NCBI GenBank assembly: GCA_022828145.1
Contig: JAJEJA010000121.1
Span: 1,968-65,967 of the forward strand
Reading direction: 5' to 3'
Source of the DNA: Candidatus Poribacteria bacterium
GTDB taxonomy: Bacteria; Poribacteria; WGA-4E; WGA-3G
DNA: 64,000 nt
Below the pieces are notes generated by a model. The model had not been told where the DNA came from. It did no database searches and worked only from the letters and a program-made list of their open reading frames with translations. The position numbers and the translations under genes are program-made. Each line of letters opens with the position of its first letter. Position 1 is the stretch's first letter. Below are positions 1-10,085 of this stretch, in pieces.

Positions 1-492
1 AAAAGCCCACAGTTTCTGAAACAATCCTTGAATAAACTAAGGTCTCTGAATAAGGCATTCAGCAGAAAAGTAAAGGGTTCAGGTAACTGGTATCGTGCGT
101 TACGTGCATTGGCAAGGCAGTATAGACGCATCACAATGCAACGCCTTGACTGGCAATGGAAACTTGCTGATAAACTCTGCACAGAATACGACATACTTTG
201 TTTTGAGAACCTGAACATTGACGGCATGAAAAGACTTTGGGGGAGAAAAGTATCAGACTTATCATTTTCTCAGTTTATTCAGATAATTGAGCAGAAATGT
301 ATCAAGCATGCTAAAAACTTCAAACAGATAGGTAAATGGACTGCCACTACTAAACCTTGCAGTACTTGTGGACACCATAATAAAAACCTTTCTCTTTCAG
401 ATAGACAGTGGACATGTCCAAGTTGTGGTGTAAATCACGACAGAGACATAAACGCTGCTATCAATATCAAAAAGGCTGGCTTAGCAGCCTGA
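1..492 (+). mobile_element. tnpB: IS200/IS605-family TnpB (OrfB) transposon-associated RNA-guided nuclease, 3' portion; the ORF runs open to the window start (no in-frame stop from nt 1), so it is N-terminally truncated by the window
   Basis: Translation contains the C-terminal TnpB hallmarks: a RuvC-II-like segment (ILCFENLNI), a CxxC...CxxC zinc finger (CSTCGHHNK...CPSCGVNHDRD) and RuvC-III (DINAAINI). Frame 1 is open from nt 1. Confidence 0.85.
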
Positions 493-599
493 AGTGGAGC
501 AGAAATAAGACGACTGTTTTCTAAGAAAACAACGCATCTGCTACGAAGCACAAGCCCCAACCTTTAGGTTGTGGGTACTATGACTGGTTGTGGAGCAGC
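493..599 (+). mobile_element. Probable IS200/605 right-end (RE) / omega-RNA scaffold region downstream of tnpB, including a small hairpin (ccccaacc-ttta-ggttgtggg at about 555-575)
   Basis: Non-coding stretch immediately 3' of tnpB. In this family the RE subterminal hairpin and the omega-RNA lie here. The hairpin is seen directly. The exact element boundary is not determinable without the left end. Confidence 0.35.
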
Positions 600-3500
600 T
601 CAATCTTTGTTAGGTTCTGTTATAGTTCCGTAGAGTGCCTTTCTCACCAAGACTAAATCTGCTATATCAACGATACCATCCCCGTTTATGTCGGCACTAT
701 TCCCTTTACCTGTCTGTCCAAGTCGGGACGATACGAATTCTAAATCGGCGGCATCTACCTGCCAGTCTCGGTTTGCATCTTCAGGAATAAGTTCTGGTTT
801 AATGACCCAGGCATGTGTTTCTACAGGACGTGTCTCTTTACCATCTTTGTGTGTGAGAAGTACGTCAGTAATTGTTAGTGTAATGTCTGCGGGTTCTTTG
901 ACTTCAAAGGTAAGTGTTGCAATTGTTCCATTGTCAATTACAGTGCCCTTAGTAGCATTCCCTGTGACGAGAATTGTGTTTTTTCCAATTGCTTGTGTTG
1001 TGGTATTCAAGCTACTACTTTCGGTGGAGGGAATATAGCGGAGTGCTCCTGAATCGTACTTACATGTGAATTTATAAGCTGTTACGTTTTGGGCATCAAT
1101 TATTTTTACGTTAAATGTAAGTTTTTGGCTGATTGGAGGAGATTCTACGGATAGTGGTGTGATCGCAAGACGTGTAGTCGGGATTGTCTGTATATGCCAT
1201 TTTAGCGCAGTACCATCTGTACTTCCACTCAATAACGTAGTGCCATCCTCAGAATATGCAAGTGAGACGACTGAATCCAGGTGTCCTTTTAGCGTGTCAG
1301 CATGTCTTCTGCTTTTGACATCCCAAACGTAGATATTAGCGTCACGAACTGAACTGACAAGTTGCAAACCATCTGGTGAGAAAAGCAGTGTAGATGTTTC
1401 AGCCCAACGATGCATATCCAGCGAAAACGAAGTAAACGTTGCTTTGTGTTTTCCTGTTTCCACATCCCATAAATGAATTTCACCACTGACATCAATACTT
1501 GCCAGAGTCTCTCCATCTGGTGTAAATGCAACAGCATTTACAGGTAGTCGCTCACCTCTTTCAACATTCATCATATTAGCGATTGTCTTTAAGTTATTAC
1601 CCGTTTTCGCGTCCCAGATACGGATGACGTATTCATTTTCATTCAATACTTCTGCTGATGCGATCATTGCCCCATCTGGAGAAAATGTGATTGATGTAAT
1701 TCTCTCAGCATGCCCTTGAAGGGTTAATTCCTGTTCACCTGTCAACACATTCCACAAACGGATTGTATGTCCCCATCTCGTCACAACTGCCAGTATTCGT
1801 CCATCAGGAGAAAATGCATGAGCAATAAAATCACCATATTCTTCTTTGAAAGTACCTCGTTGTTCGGATGTATTTGTATCCCATAACGAAACAGATTCTG
1901 AAATCTTCCCAACAAGCGTTGCACTGTGTGGTGAAAAGGCAACTGCAGGAACTCTGATTCGATCATCTATACCGAGAAACGGTACCGTGAACTGTGGTGA
2001 GATTATTTTCCATAAATCGGTAGGTTTGACTTGAAGTTTAGAAACACCCGTTTGTTTATCAACTACGGACACATGTAAAGGTGAAATTGCATGTTCAAAA
2101 CCTGTAAGCGTTGTTATCACATCTCCAGTTTCTACATCCCACAGTTCAAATTTGTCATTTTTGGTCTGTCTGACGAATGTATTATTTTTCGGTGAAATCG
2201 GTACAAGCGTGTACTTCCCATATTCTGCTTCGCCAAACGGGTTGACAGTTACATCTGTTTTTGGATTCCAGTGCTGCAGTGTACCATCAGATTTACAACA
2301 GATAACAGTTTTTCCATCATTTGAAAACTGGACGGTCGTAAACGGATGCGTTAATCCGCGTCTTTCTTGTTCAAGCGTTGCCTGCAGTTCTCCAGTCTGT
2401 GTATCCCATACTTTTATTTTTTGGTTGGCAAATCTATTATGGTCAACTGCTGTGCTGGCAAGACTCTTTCCATCTGGAGAAAACGCGACCTTTGGGCCCC
2501 GTGGTCTGTATCCGCCACTTGTCATATAACCGCCTGTTTCCTCATCAAAGTTAAATTTGCGTTGTCCAGTTTTTGCATCCCAGAGTTTGATACTATCATC
2601 AATACTTGCACTTGCAAGTGATGTTCCATCAGGTGAAAATACCAAATCAGCGACGGTGCTATTACCTTGTGAGATTGTAAAAATTGGCTGCCAGGTCCGC
2701 ACATTCCACATTTGAATTCTCTTACCGCTTCCAGTTACAAGTGAATTTCCATTAGGGGAAAACGCGATTGCTGTGACATATCCATCCGTTTTAAGTGTTC
2801 TAATCGGTTGATATGTAGTTGTATCCCATAAACGGATTGTTGCATCATCGCTACCACTTGCAAGTAGATCCCTGTCAGGAGAGAATGCTATAACAGTCGT
2901 TGCTTTTGTATGTCCTTTAAGTAATGCAAGCACTTCACCACTGTTTACCTCCTGCAACCATATTCCGATTGTAGTTGAAATGGCAAGTAGCGAATTATCT
3001 GGGGAATACTTGATGTCATTAATTCGACCTTTTCCATAGCGTGCAATTGCGCCTTTCGGTAATTCTAATTGCGTATCGTCTCCAGGTTTTCTCTGTGTTA
3101 GATTAGGATCAAGCACTTTTCCGTGTATAATTTTGGGACGTGCTATGATGTCATCCTGCAATTCAAGGCGAACATCTTTCAGAGTTATTGTTGAGGTTTT
3201 TGCATCTATCACTTCATAGGTAATGCTTGCCAACCTTCCCTTCTTCCTTTCTTCCACTTTTCCATCTGTCCGCCCTTCCACTCTTCCAACCTTCTCTTCT
3301 TCCATCCTTCCATCCCTATCTTCTTCCACTCTTCCAACCTTCCCTTCTTCCATCCTACCATCCCTATCTCTTGATACGATATTTAGATAATGTGGATAAG
3401 ATACATTGTGGAAATCAACTACTTTCATGTGTCTGCTTTCCTTCGTTTCATAAGAGGCATTTTCTGACACAAAATCACCCTTATTGCTGGATACATAACG

Positions 3501-5543
3501 CAGAGCCGTAGGATCATACTCCATTGTAACATCATAACCTTTAATTCTATCTGCGTCAGCAATTGTAACTTCAAGAGTCAATTGTTCACCAATAGCAGGA
3601 GATCTGATTGAAGAGGGTGAAATAGATACAGTAGCATCTGACTCAACGATATGTGTTGCATCCCATAAATGTATTGTTCCATCCTCACTTCTACTAAAAA
3701 GCGTATCATCGGTAGGAGAAAACTGTAACCATGTAATCCCACCAGATGATGCCCCTATCTTACGAGGATGTCCAGAAAGTGTTTGCATGTGGTGTCCTGT
3801 TGCTGTGTTCCATAACCGAACGGTATAATCCTGACTCCCACTTGCGAGTGTTTTACCATCGTTAGAAAATGCTAAGGAACTAATGCCTTTTAAAGCTTGT
3901 TCTGTATGATGTCCCATAGACGAAATGTGTGCACCTGTATTGATGTTCCACAAATTTACCCTCCCTTCGTTCTCTCCTCCAGCAAGCATTCTTCCATCTT
4001 TCGAAATAGTTAATACTGACGGATTGATGCCTGGTTTAGGATAAGTTGCTATGCGTTTTCCTGCATCGGTATCCCACATTTCAAATTCTTCATTTGTTGC
4101 AATTACCAACATATTTCCATCTGAGGAGAATGTAAATGCCCGGACTTGATTAGCATTTTTCTCAAGTTTCAGTTTACGTTTTCTGGTTATCGTATCCCAT
4201 AATTCTATCTTACCATCTTTTATACGGATTGCAAGCGTCATGCCATCTGGAGAGTATGTCTTCTTGTTTTCATAAGGGACGATATGTGAAGACATCTCAT
4301 CCATGCCAAAAGTTTTCTTATCCATCAATTTTCCTGTCTTCGTCTCCCAAATCATACTCTCAGCTTTACTATTTCCGAATATGACTGATGCATCTTGTGA
4401 AAAAGAGAGTGAGAACAAGCCGTCTGTAAATCCAGTAAGGAGAGACTTCCGTTTACCTGTCAATGTATCCCAAATTATTACATCTTCATTACTATCGGTC
4501 GCCAACATACTTCCATCTGTTGAAAGCGTTGCATGATGACTATGGTGTGCTTGTCTGATAGTAGATTTTTGTTCTCCTGATTGTAAATCCCAGAACCGAA
4601 TAGTTCCATCAAAACTGGCACTTGCAATGGTTAAGCTGTCTGGAGAAATTGCTAACGAATCAACTGCCCATTTATGTCCGGTAAGTGTTGTTTTTTCTTT
4701 TCCTGTCCTTAAGTCCCAGATACGAATTGTTTTGTCTCCGCTACCACTAATAAGCGTTTTACCATCAGGCGTAAATACCAATGCGTGAACCGGATATGTA
4801 TGTCCACTAAGCGTCTTAACGTGTTTTCCGGTTATCGGATCCCATAGTCTAATGGTGAATTTAGGACTACCTGCGATCAATCTACCATCAGGTGAAAATG
4901 CGATGGACTTATCTACTGTAGCGTTCATAGTGAGCGTATGTATATTCTTCCCAGTTTCTATATCCCATAATCTAAGTTTATCATCTACATCCGAACTTGC
5001 GAGTGTTTTGCCATCAGGAGAAAAGAGAATCCTGCTATACGATCTCGCTTGGATCTTGCGAATCTGTTGTTGAGTTTCTATATCCCACAATGTAATATAC
5101 GTTCCACTGCTACCAGCAAGCGTTTTGCCATCAGGTGAATATGTTATGTATCTTGCGCCACCGGGTAACGTCGCTTTGTGTTCTCTGGTTATCACATCCC
5201 ACAGATAAATCAAATAATTATTATTCACAGTTGCGAGCGATTTACTATCAGGTGAAAACGCAACAGAATTGACCCTTCCAATATGTGCAGTCAGCAGCGC
5301 AATTTCCTTACTCGTATTTGCATCATACAGCCATGTTCCTATTGAACTACCGACTGCCAGTAGTTTGCCATCAGGTGAATACGCAATATCCGTTGGCTGT
5401 CCTCTACCAATCCGTCCTATTGCATTTTCAGGCAATGACATTTGAAATGCATTTTGTCCGTTGCTTTCTAAGATCAATATAACACTCAATGCCAGAATGA
5501 TAAATAGAATTCTCCACATTTTCATTTTAATTTTCCTCCTCAT
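600..5543 (-). CDS. Giant secreted WD40 beta-propeller repeat protein (1647 aa in the longest ORF) with two cohesin-like modules (about nt 3380-3640 and 776-1121) and a C-terminal type-I dockerin (about nt 603-760). The likely true start is the ATG at 5525, which has an AGGAGG 9 nt upstream.
   Basis: The N-terminal signal-peptide-like hydrophobic segment is followed by dozens of WD40-like blades (recurring FSPDGK.L, LWD, GH motifs). Cohesin-like segments resemble clostridial cohesins (AYKFTCKYDSGALRYI compares with CDFTLKYD..LEVV; GYDVTMEYDPTALRYVS). The C-terminus DINGDGIVDIADLVLV is a dockerin Ca-binding repeat. Confidence 0.8.
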   Translation of the reverse strand: MRRKIKMKMWRILFIILALSVILILESNGQNAFQMSLPENAIGRIGRGQPTDIAYSPDGKLLAVGSSIGTWLYDANTSKEIALLTAHIGRVNSVAFSPDSKSLATVNNNYLIYLWDVITREHKATLPGGARYITYSPDGKTLAGSSGTYITLWDIETQQQIRKIQARSYSRILFSPDGKTLASSDVDDKLRLWDIETGKNIHTLTMNATVDKSIAFSPDGRLIAGSPKFTIRLWDPITGKHVKTLSGHTYPVHALVFTPDGKTLISGSGDKTIRIWDLRTGKEKTTLTGHKWAVDSLAISPDSLTIASASFDGTIRFWDLQSGEQKSTIRQAHHSHHATLSTDGSMLATDSNEDVIIWDTLTGKRKSLLTGFTDGLFSLSFSQDASVIFGNSKAESMIWETKTGKLMDKKTFGMDEMSSHIVPYENKKTYSPDGMTLAIRIKDGKIELWDTITRKRKLKLEKNANQVRAFTFSSDGNMLVIATNEEFEMWDTDAGKRIATYPKPGINPSVLTISKDGRMLAGGENEGRVNLWNINTGAHISSMGHHTEQALKGISSLAFSNDGKTLASGSQDYTVRLWNTATGHHMQTLSGHPRKIGASSGGITWLQFSPTDDTLFSRSEDGTIHLWDATHIVESDATVSISPSSIRSPAIGEQLTLEVTIADADRIKGYDVTMEYDPTALRYVSSNKGDFVSENASYETKESRHMKVVDFHNVSYPHYLNIVSRDRDGRMEEGKVGRVEEDRDGRMEEEKVGRVEGRTDGKVEERKKGRLASITYEVIDAKTSTITLKDVRLELQDDIIARPKIIHGKVLDPNLTQRKPGDDTQLELPKGAIARYGKGRINDIKYSPDNSLLAISTTIGIWLQEVNSGEVLALLKGHTKATTVIAFSPDRDLLASGSDDATIRLWDTTTYQPIRTLKTDGYVTAIAFSPNGNSLVTGSGKRIQMWNVRTWQPIFTISQGNSTVADLVFSPDGTSLASASIDDSIKLWDAKTGQRKFNFDEETGGYMTSGGYRPRGPKVAFSPDGKSLASTAVDHNRFANQKIKVWDTQTGELQATLEQERRGLTHPFTTVQFSNDGKTVICCKSDGTLQHWNPKTDVTVNPFGEAEYGKYTLVPISPKNNTFVRQTKNDKFELWDVETGDVITTLTGFEHAISPLHVSVVDKQTGVSKLQVKPTDLWKIISPQFTVPFLGIDDRIRVPAVAFSPHSATLVGKISESVSLWDTNTSEQRGTFKEEYGDFIAHAFSPDGRILAVVTRWGHTIRLWNVLTGEQELTLQGHAERITSITFSPDGAMIASAEVLNENEYVIRIWDAKTGNNLKTIANMMNVERGERLPVNAVAFTPDGETLASIDVSGEIHLWDVETGKHKATFTSFSLDMHRWAETSTLLFSPDGLQLVSSVRDANIYVWDVKSRRHADTLKGHLDSVVSLAYSEDGTTLLSGSTDGTALKWHIQTIPTTRLAITPLSVESPPISQKLTFNVKIIDAQNVTAYKFTCKYDSGALRYIPSTESSSLNTTTQAIGKNTILVTGNATKGTVIDNGTIATLTFEVKEPADITLTITDVLLTHKDGKETRPVETHAWVIKPELIPEDANRDWQVDAADLEFVSSRLGQTGKGNSADINGDGIVDIADLVLVRKALYGTITEPNKD
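3230..3375. repeat. Tandem repeat of about 45 bp (2-3 units) encoding a charged DRDGRMEE(G/E)KVGRVE linker inside the giant WD40 gene
   Basis: A near-identical DNA unit (tcttccactcttccaaccttc.cttcttccatcct.ccatccctatct) is seen twice in tandem. The protein shows the periodic DRDGRMEEGKVGRVEEDRDGRMEEEKVGRVE. Confidence 0.7.
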
Positions 5544-8178
5544 TTCTCACTGTAGGGCGCAGGCGTTTTCCCTCTATGTCAGAGAGAATGAGATCGGTTA
5601 TCTTTAGGGCGGTTATCTTTAAGGGGGAAGGAGATTCATCTAAAATCTCAAAAGTAATTGTCGCAAGTGTGCCGTTTCCATTACCCACGCCTATCAATGC
5701 GGTTGCTGCAAGTGTTAATTGATTTTTCTTTAATATCGGTTTTATAAAGAACGGGTGATCTGGCAAGAAATCTCCATTACTACTTGAGATATATCGGAGT
5801 CTTCTTTCATCAAATTGGAGTGTTAATTGATAGCCAGCGACGTTTTCTCCATTGATTATCTCGATGTTATATTTCTGTTGTTTCCCAATAGTTTTCTGCT
5901 GTGTTGAAGGCACAATGTTTACGGTCATGTTTTTATTTTCACGTTCTACCTGTTCCCATATAACGATTGTTCCATCATAGCTTGCACTGGTAACTGTTTC
6001 GTCTATTGGAGATAACGCCATTGAAGTAACGTTTGAATTGTGTCCATTTAGAGTCTTTATACGTTGACGAAGCTGAATATCCCATATCTCAATGTTGCCT
6101 CCAAAATCACCGTAGAGTATCTTGCTGTCTGGTGAAAACATCAATGGGAACGCACCACTTTTCTCAGATAACGTTGATATGTTTTTTCCTGTATCTACAT
6201 CCCATAATTGTGTTGTTTTACCACAACTGATAAGTGATTTTCCATCAGGTGAAAACGTTAATGTGAAATTGTTGTCCAGATGGCCCGAAAGCGTACGTTT
6301 ATGTTTTCCTGTATAAGCATCCCACAATTGAATCTCCCATTCGCCACCCGTTGCGAGTATTTTTCCGTCTGGTGAGAATGCTAATGCGCGCGTGCTCCAC
6401 GGGTGTCCTTCAAGCGTAAATCGCTGTTCTCCAGTAGCAGTGTTCCATACCCGTATCTCTTTTTCGCTTGCACTTGCAAGCACAGTCTGATCATTTGAAA
6501 ACAAGACTCTATCTACTTTTTTCGTATGTCCTACCAACATCTTTTTGGGTTTTCCGGAGTATGCATCCCACAGGAATATCGTCTTATCTGCGCTTCCACT
6601 TGCAAGTATTTTGTTATCTGATGAAAATGCTAATGACAGCACTACCTCAGAATGTCCCGTAAGGTTTGCAAGAGTCTTACCTGTTTTCACATCCCACAGT
6701 TTCACATCCCACTGTCTTAATGTGTTTTCCTTACTTGCACTTGCAAACGTTTTTCCATCTGGAGATAAGGCAGCCGCAATGACTGAATCTGTATGTCCGT
6801 TAAGTGTCGAATGATATTTATAAGTCTCACCATCAAACAACCAGATTTTGGCTGTCCCGTCTCCACAAGCGAATGTTTTACCATCCTTTGAGAGTAGGAC
6901 AAAAGGATGACCGTATCTGTGGCTGCGTTGGCTCGGGTAACTGAACTGTGCTATCTGTATGCCAGTTTTTGCATCCCATAACTGAATTTCATTACTATTC
7001 CAACTTGCAAACTTAGAACCTTCTGGCGAGAATGCCAACCGAGAAACAATCCCTGTCAGAGTCAGCGTTTTCTGTGGAGATTTCAACGTTTCTGCATCTT
7101 TTTCCTCCTTGCTGTTACCTTTCAGATTGTTGACATCTAACCACCGAATTGTAGTGTTCGTTTGGTCTTCTGTGGAAACTATTCTTAAACCGTCAGGTGA
7201 ATAAGCGATTGCGTAAACGCTATTTAGTTTTGCATCTAATTCTGCCTTCGGTTTTCCGGAGTATGCATCCCACAGTCGCACTGTGGACATCTCAACTCCA
7301 TGACATGTAACAAAGGTTGAGCTATTGAGAGAAAAGGCAATTACACCTAAATTACATTCTTGATAGACTGCTATTATGTTTTCTGAATGTGTATCCCACA
7401 ACCTAACAACCCCATTGGAATTCTGTGTTGCAATACGTTTGCCATTAGGTGAGAATAACACTGCATTGGGACCTTGTCCCCCTCCTTTCAACAGAGCATG
7501 CTGCTTGCCGTTGTCAGCATTCCAGAGGCGAACAGTCCCATCGGTGCTTGCACTGGCAAGCATTGTGGCATCTGGTGAGAATTTCAATGCCGTGATCCAA
7601 CCCGTGTGTCCCGTAAGTGTCAACTTCTCTTTCATATTCACGAGGTCCCACAATCTGACAGAACTATCAGCATTTTCTGGTTCCGGAGCTTCCATGTCCC
7701 CCCAAAAATTATTTCTTCTGATTTGACTGCTTCTTACTGTGCCACTGGCAAGTGTTTTACTATCTGAAGAGAATGCTAAAGCTCTGGTATCACCTGTATG
7801 TCCTGAAAATGTTGCGATATGTTTGTATGAATTGGCATCCCACACGCGCACTGTTTTGTCGTAGCTACCGCTTGCGATGCGTTTCCCATCAGGCGAATAT
7901 ACAACTGCCGTAACAGCATCTGTATGTCCGGTAAGCAATGCTAAATCCTCTCCGGTATGTGCATCATGAATCCAAATTCCGATGTGGGAGCATGCAATGG
8001 CTATTTTTTTACCGTCCGGTGAAAAGTCGAAGTCCGTCCAACGTCCTTGTCCAATTCGCATCTTTGCCCCTTCAGGTAATGCACGAAGGGGTAGCGGTGG
8101 ACCGCTTCCAATAGCATTGGTTAGTAATATGGTTAGGAGTGTTAATGTGCTGATGATTATGGATATGTGTTTTTTCAT
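5527..8178 (-). CDS. Secreted WD40 beta-propeller repeat protein (883 aa) with a C-terminal cohesin-like module (about nt 5568-5901)
   Basis: N-terminal signal-like segment. An AGGAGGAG RBS lies about 10 nt upstream of the ATG at 8178. There are many WD40 blades. The C-terminal GYQLTLQFDERRLRYISS...TLATITFEILD matches the cohesin-like pattern seen in the neighbouring gene. Confidence 0.8.
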   Translation of the reverse strand: MKKHISIIISTLTLLTILLTNAIGSGPPLPLRALPEGAKMRIGQGRWTDFDFSPDGKKIAIACSHIGIWIHDAHTGEDLALLTGHTDAVTAVVYSPDGKRIASGSYDKTVRVWDANSYKHIATFSGHTGDTRALAFSSDSKTLASGTVRSSQIRRNNFWGDMEAPEPENADSSVRLWDLVNMKEKLTLTGHTGWITALKFSPDATMLASASTDGTVRLWNADNGKQHALLKGGGQGPNAVLFSPNGKRIATQNSNGVVRLWDTHSENIIAVYQECNLGVIAFSLNSSTFVTCHGVEMSTVRLWDAYSGKPKAELDAKLNSVYAIAYSPDGLRIVSTEDQTNTTIRWLDVNNLKGNSKEEKDAETLKSPQKTLTLTGIVSRLAFSPEGSKFASWNSNEIQLWDAKTGIQIAQFSYPSQRSHRYGHPFVLLSKDGKTFACGDGTAKIWLFDGETYKYHSTLNGHTDSVIAAALSPDGKTFASASKENTLRQWDVKLWDVKTGKTLANLTGHSEVVLSLAFSSDNKILASGSADKTIFLWDAYSGKPKKMLVGHTKKVDRVLFSNDQTVLASASEKEIRVWNTATGEQRFTLEGHPWSTRALAFSPDGKILATGGEWEIQLWDAYTGKHKRTLSGHLDNNFTLTFSPDGKSLISCGKTTQLWDVDTGKNISTLSEKSGAFPLMFSPDSKILYGDFGGNIEIWDIQLRQRIKTLNGHNSNVTSMALSPIDETVTSASYDGTIVIWEQVERENKNMTVNIVPSTQQKTIGKQQKYNIEIINGENVAGYQLTLQFDERRLRYISSSNGDFLPDHPFFIKPILKKNQLTLAATALIGVGNGNGTLATITFEILDESPSPLKITALKITDLILSDIEGKRLRPTVRNEEEN

Positions 8179-8330
8179 AAAATCTATCTCCTCCTAATGC
8201 GCTTGCATGCTGTAAAGTCTTTTTGTATGTATATTTGCTAACTGGAATTTTTCAAAAAGGTATGATTGATTTCTTAATTCTAACACTGTTTCATAATGTC
8301 AACAAGTATATATTAACCTAAGTTGTCACC

Positions 8331-8472
8331 CTAGTGGATAGTCCAGACTAAACTTGTGGGTATAAGTAATAGTCGGGAATCGGAGTTCCCTCCTACCAAT
8401 AGTAGTCCATCGGTAGGAGCGATCTCCGAATCGCGACCTTTACCCGAAGAATTAGAATGGACTATCTACTAG
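8331..8472. repeat. 142-bp palindromic MITE-like intergenic element, copy A. Terminal inverted repeats are ctagtggatagtcc / ggactatctactag, with internal inverted sub-repeats.
   Basis: The reverse complement of this element recurs at 48169-48293, and a rearranged degenerate copy lies at 13475-13545. TIRs and internal hairpin arms are visible directly. Confidence 0.6.
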
Positions 8473-8698
8473 TACAGCAATTTGGATTATAGGGTGTGTA
8501 AAGATTTTGTCACTATAAGTGTCAGTTTAAAAGGAATTACACCCATGCGTCTAACTCGGTAGGTGCGGTTTCCTAACAGCACTGATTATGATTACTGAGG
8601 TACAAAGATGGAAATGGTAACTGAAAGTGGAATATGGTTAATCCAATGTGTTCACGCAGCCATGCTGCCGTTGTAGGCACAGCATATAGATTACACTG

Positions 8699-9901
8699 TT
8701 ATTCTTCAGTGTTGTCAACCGTATTCCCAAATGCTGATGCCACAATGACTAAGTCCTGAATGTTCACAACACCATCACCGTTGAGATCCGGTTCCGATTC
8801 ACCAAAAGCATTTGCTACAACCTCCAAATCCTGAATATTGACAACACCATCATTATTCACATCTTCGGGCAGTTGTGAAGGTGCAATATTCCACAGGTAG
8901 ATAGTGCCGTAGCTTGTTCCACTTGCAAGTGTATGGCCATCCGGACTAAACGCCACGCTTTGGATTCTGGACTTTAAGAAACTGCGAAGATAACTCCCCG
9001 TGTGCACATCCCATAAACGGACCTCCCCTCCACTACCACTTGCAAGTGTCTTCCCATCCGGACTAAACGCCACGCTATAGACTCCATCCGTATCAGATAC
9101 CTTCCGGACCAAATGGTGAAGCAGGTGTCCTGTGCTTGCATCCCATAAACGAATACCGCTCCACTGTGCCCAACTCGCAAGTATTTTTCCATCCGGGCTG
9201 AACGATACACGCACGGCATTAAGATCTTCTGATACTATCGTCCGCTTGTGATTACCTGTCGCTACATCCCATAAATTGAGTCCAGACGAACTGCTACTCA
9301 CAAGTGTTTTTCCATCCGGACTGAATGCCACCCCAGTAACCCAATTCATATCTTCAGTCAAAGTGTGCAGCAGACTCCCTGTGATCACATCCCATAAAAA
9401 AACAACGCCTAAACCTCCACTCGCTAATTCTCCACCTGCCGCAAGGATGCTACCATCAGGACTCAACGCTACACTAAGGAGAAGACTCATTTGACTCCTA
9501 TTGAGTGTGTGAAGCAGGTTTCCTGTACTTACATCCCATAAATGGACACCTGCCACACCACTACTCACGAGTGTTTTTCCATCCGCACTGAACGAAACAC
9601 CTGTGCGAAAGAAAAAACCCGGATCCGATCTGAGCAGATACATTTTTTCATGCGTCTGTATGTTGTAGAGGAACACACCGGTGGCATTCATGACCGCTAA
9701 TAGCTTACCGTCTGGTGAATATTCTACGTCATAAACGCGCCCTTCACCGAGACGCAAAATAGATTTGACAGATTTAGGCAAAACTTCCTGCTCCACATCC
9801 TCAGCGAAAGTATTTAGGGCAAAGGTAAGTATTAGGATTATGAGGCAAAGTAATTTCGTTTTCATCGTTAACCTCCTCCTGTAATGTGCGATAATAAACA
9901 C
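8699..9901 (-). CDS. Secreted WD40 repeat protein with a C-terminal tandem (two-segment) type-I dockerin. The likely start is the ATG at 9865, preceded by AGGAGGAGG.
   Basis: Signal-like MKTKLLCLIILILTFALNTFA. WD40 blades (FSPDGK.LAS, LWDV). The C-terminus is DVNNDGVVNIQDLEVVANAFG...DLNGDGVVNIQDLVIVASAFG. Confidence 0.8.
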   Translation of the reverse strand: MFIIAHYRRRLTMKTKLLCLIILILTFALNTFAEDVEQEVLPKSVKSILRLGEGRVYDVEYSPDGKLLAVMNATGVFLYNIQTHEKMYLLRSDPGFFFRTGVSFSADGKTLVSSGVAGVHLWDVSTGNLLHTLNRSQMSLLLSVALSPDGSILAAGGELASGGLGVVFLWDVITGSLLHTLTEDMNWVTGVAFSPDGKTLVSSSSSGLNLWDVATGNHKRTIVSEDLNAVRVSFSPDGKILASWAQWSGIRLWDASTGHLLHHLVRKVSDTDGVYSVAFSPDGKTLASGSGGEVRLWDVHTGSYLRSFLKSRIQSVAFSPDGHTLASGTSYGTIYLWNIAPSQLPEDVNNDGVVNIQDLEVVANAFGESEPDLNGDGVVNIQDLVIVASAFGNTVDNTEE

Positions 9902-9965
9902 ATTCTATCACAAAACGAAATAATATGTATCAATAGTTCTAAATGCCACTATATCAACAAGCATG

Positions 9966-10082
9966 TTATTCTTCAGGAGCGGCGAGTGTATTTCCAAATG
10001 ATGCGGCAAGAAGTGCCAAATCTAAAATGTCAACGGTGCCATCCCTGCTAACATCTTCGGACAAGTATGTGTACGCGCAAGG
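9966..10082 (-). pseudogene. In-frame dockerin-repeat fragment (..SEDVSRDGTVDILDLALLAASFGNTLAAPEE*) lying directly after the tandem TAG-TAG stops of the metalloprotease gene. Likely a displaced or duplicated 3' gene end.
   Basis: Manual minus-strand translation of 10082..9966 gives a complete dockerin Ca-binding repeat in the same frame as the upstream CDS. It is separated from that CDS only by two consecutive TAG codons (10083-10088). Confidence 0.5.
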
Positions 10083-10085
10083 CTA

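Noticed and set aside
688-5482. Numerous 60-125 aa ORFs on the plus strand inside the giant WD40 gene (e.g. 688..1038, 2152..2529, 3227..3511, 4303..4536)
   Set aside because: They are antisense to a long, coherent WD40-coding frame. They have low-complexity translations (3227..3511 is just the antisense of the tandem linker repeat), with no RBS and no domain signal.
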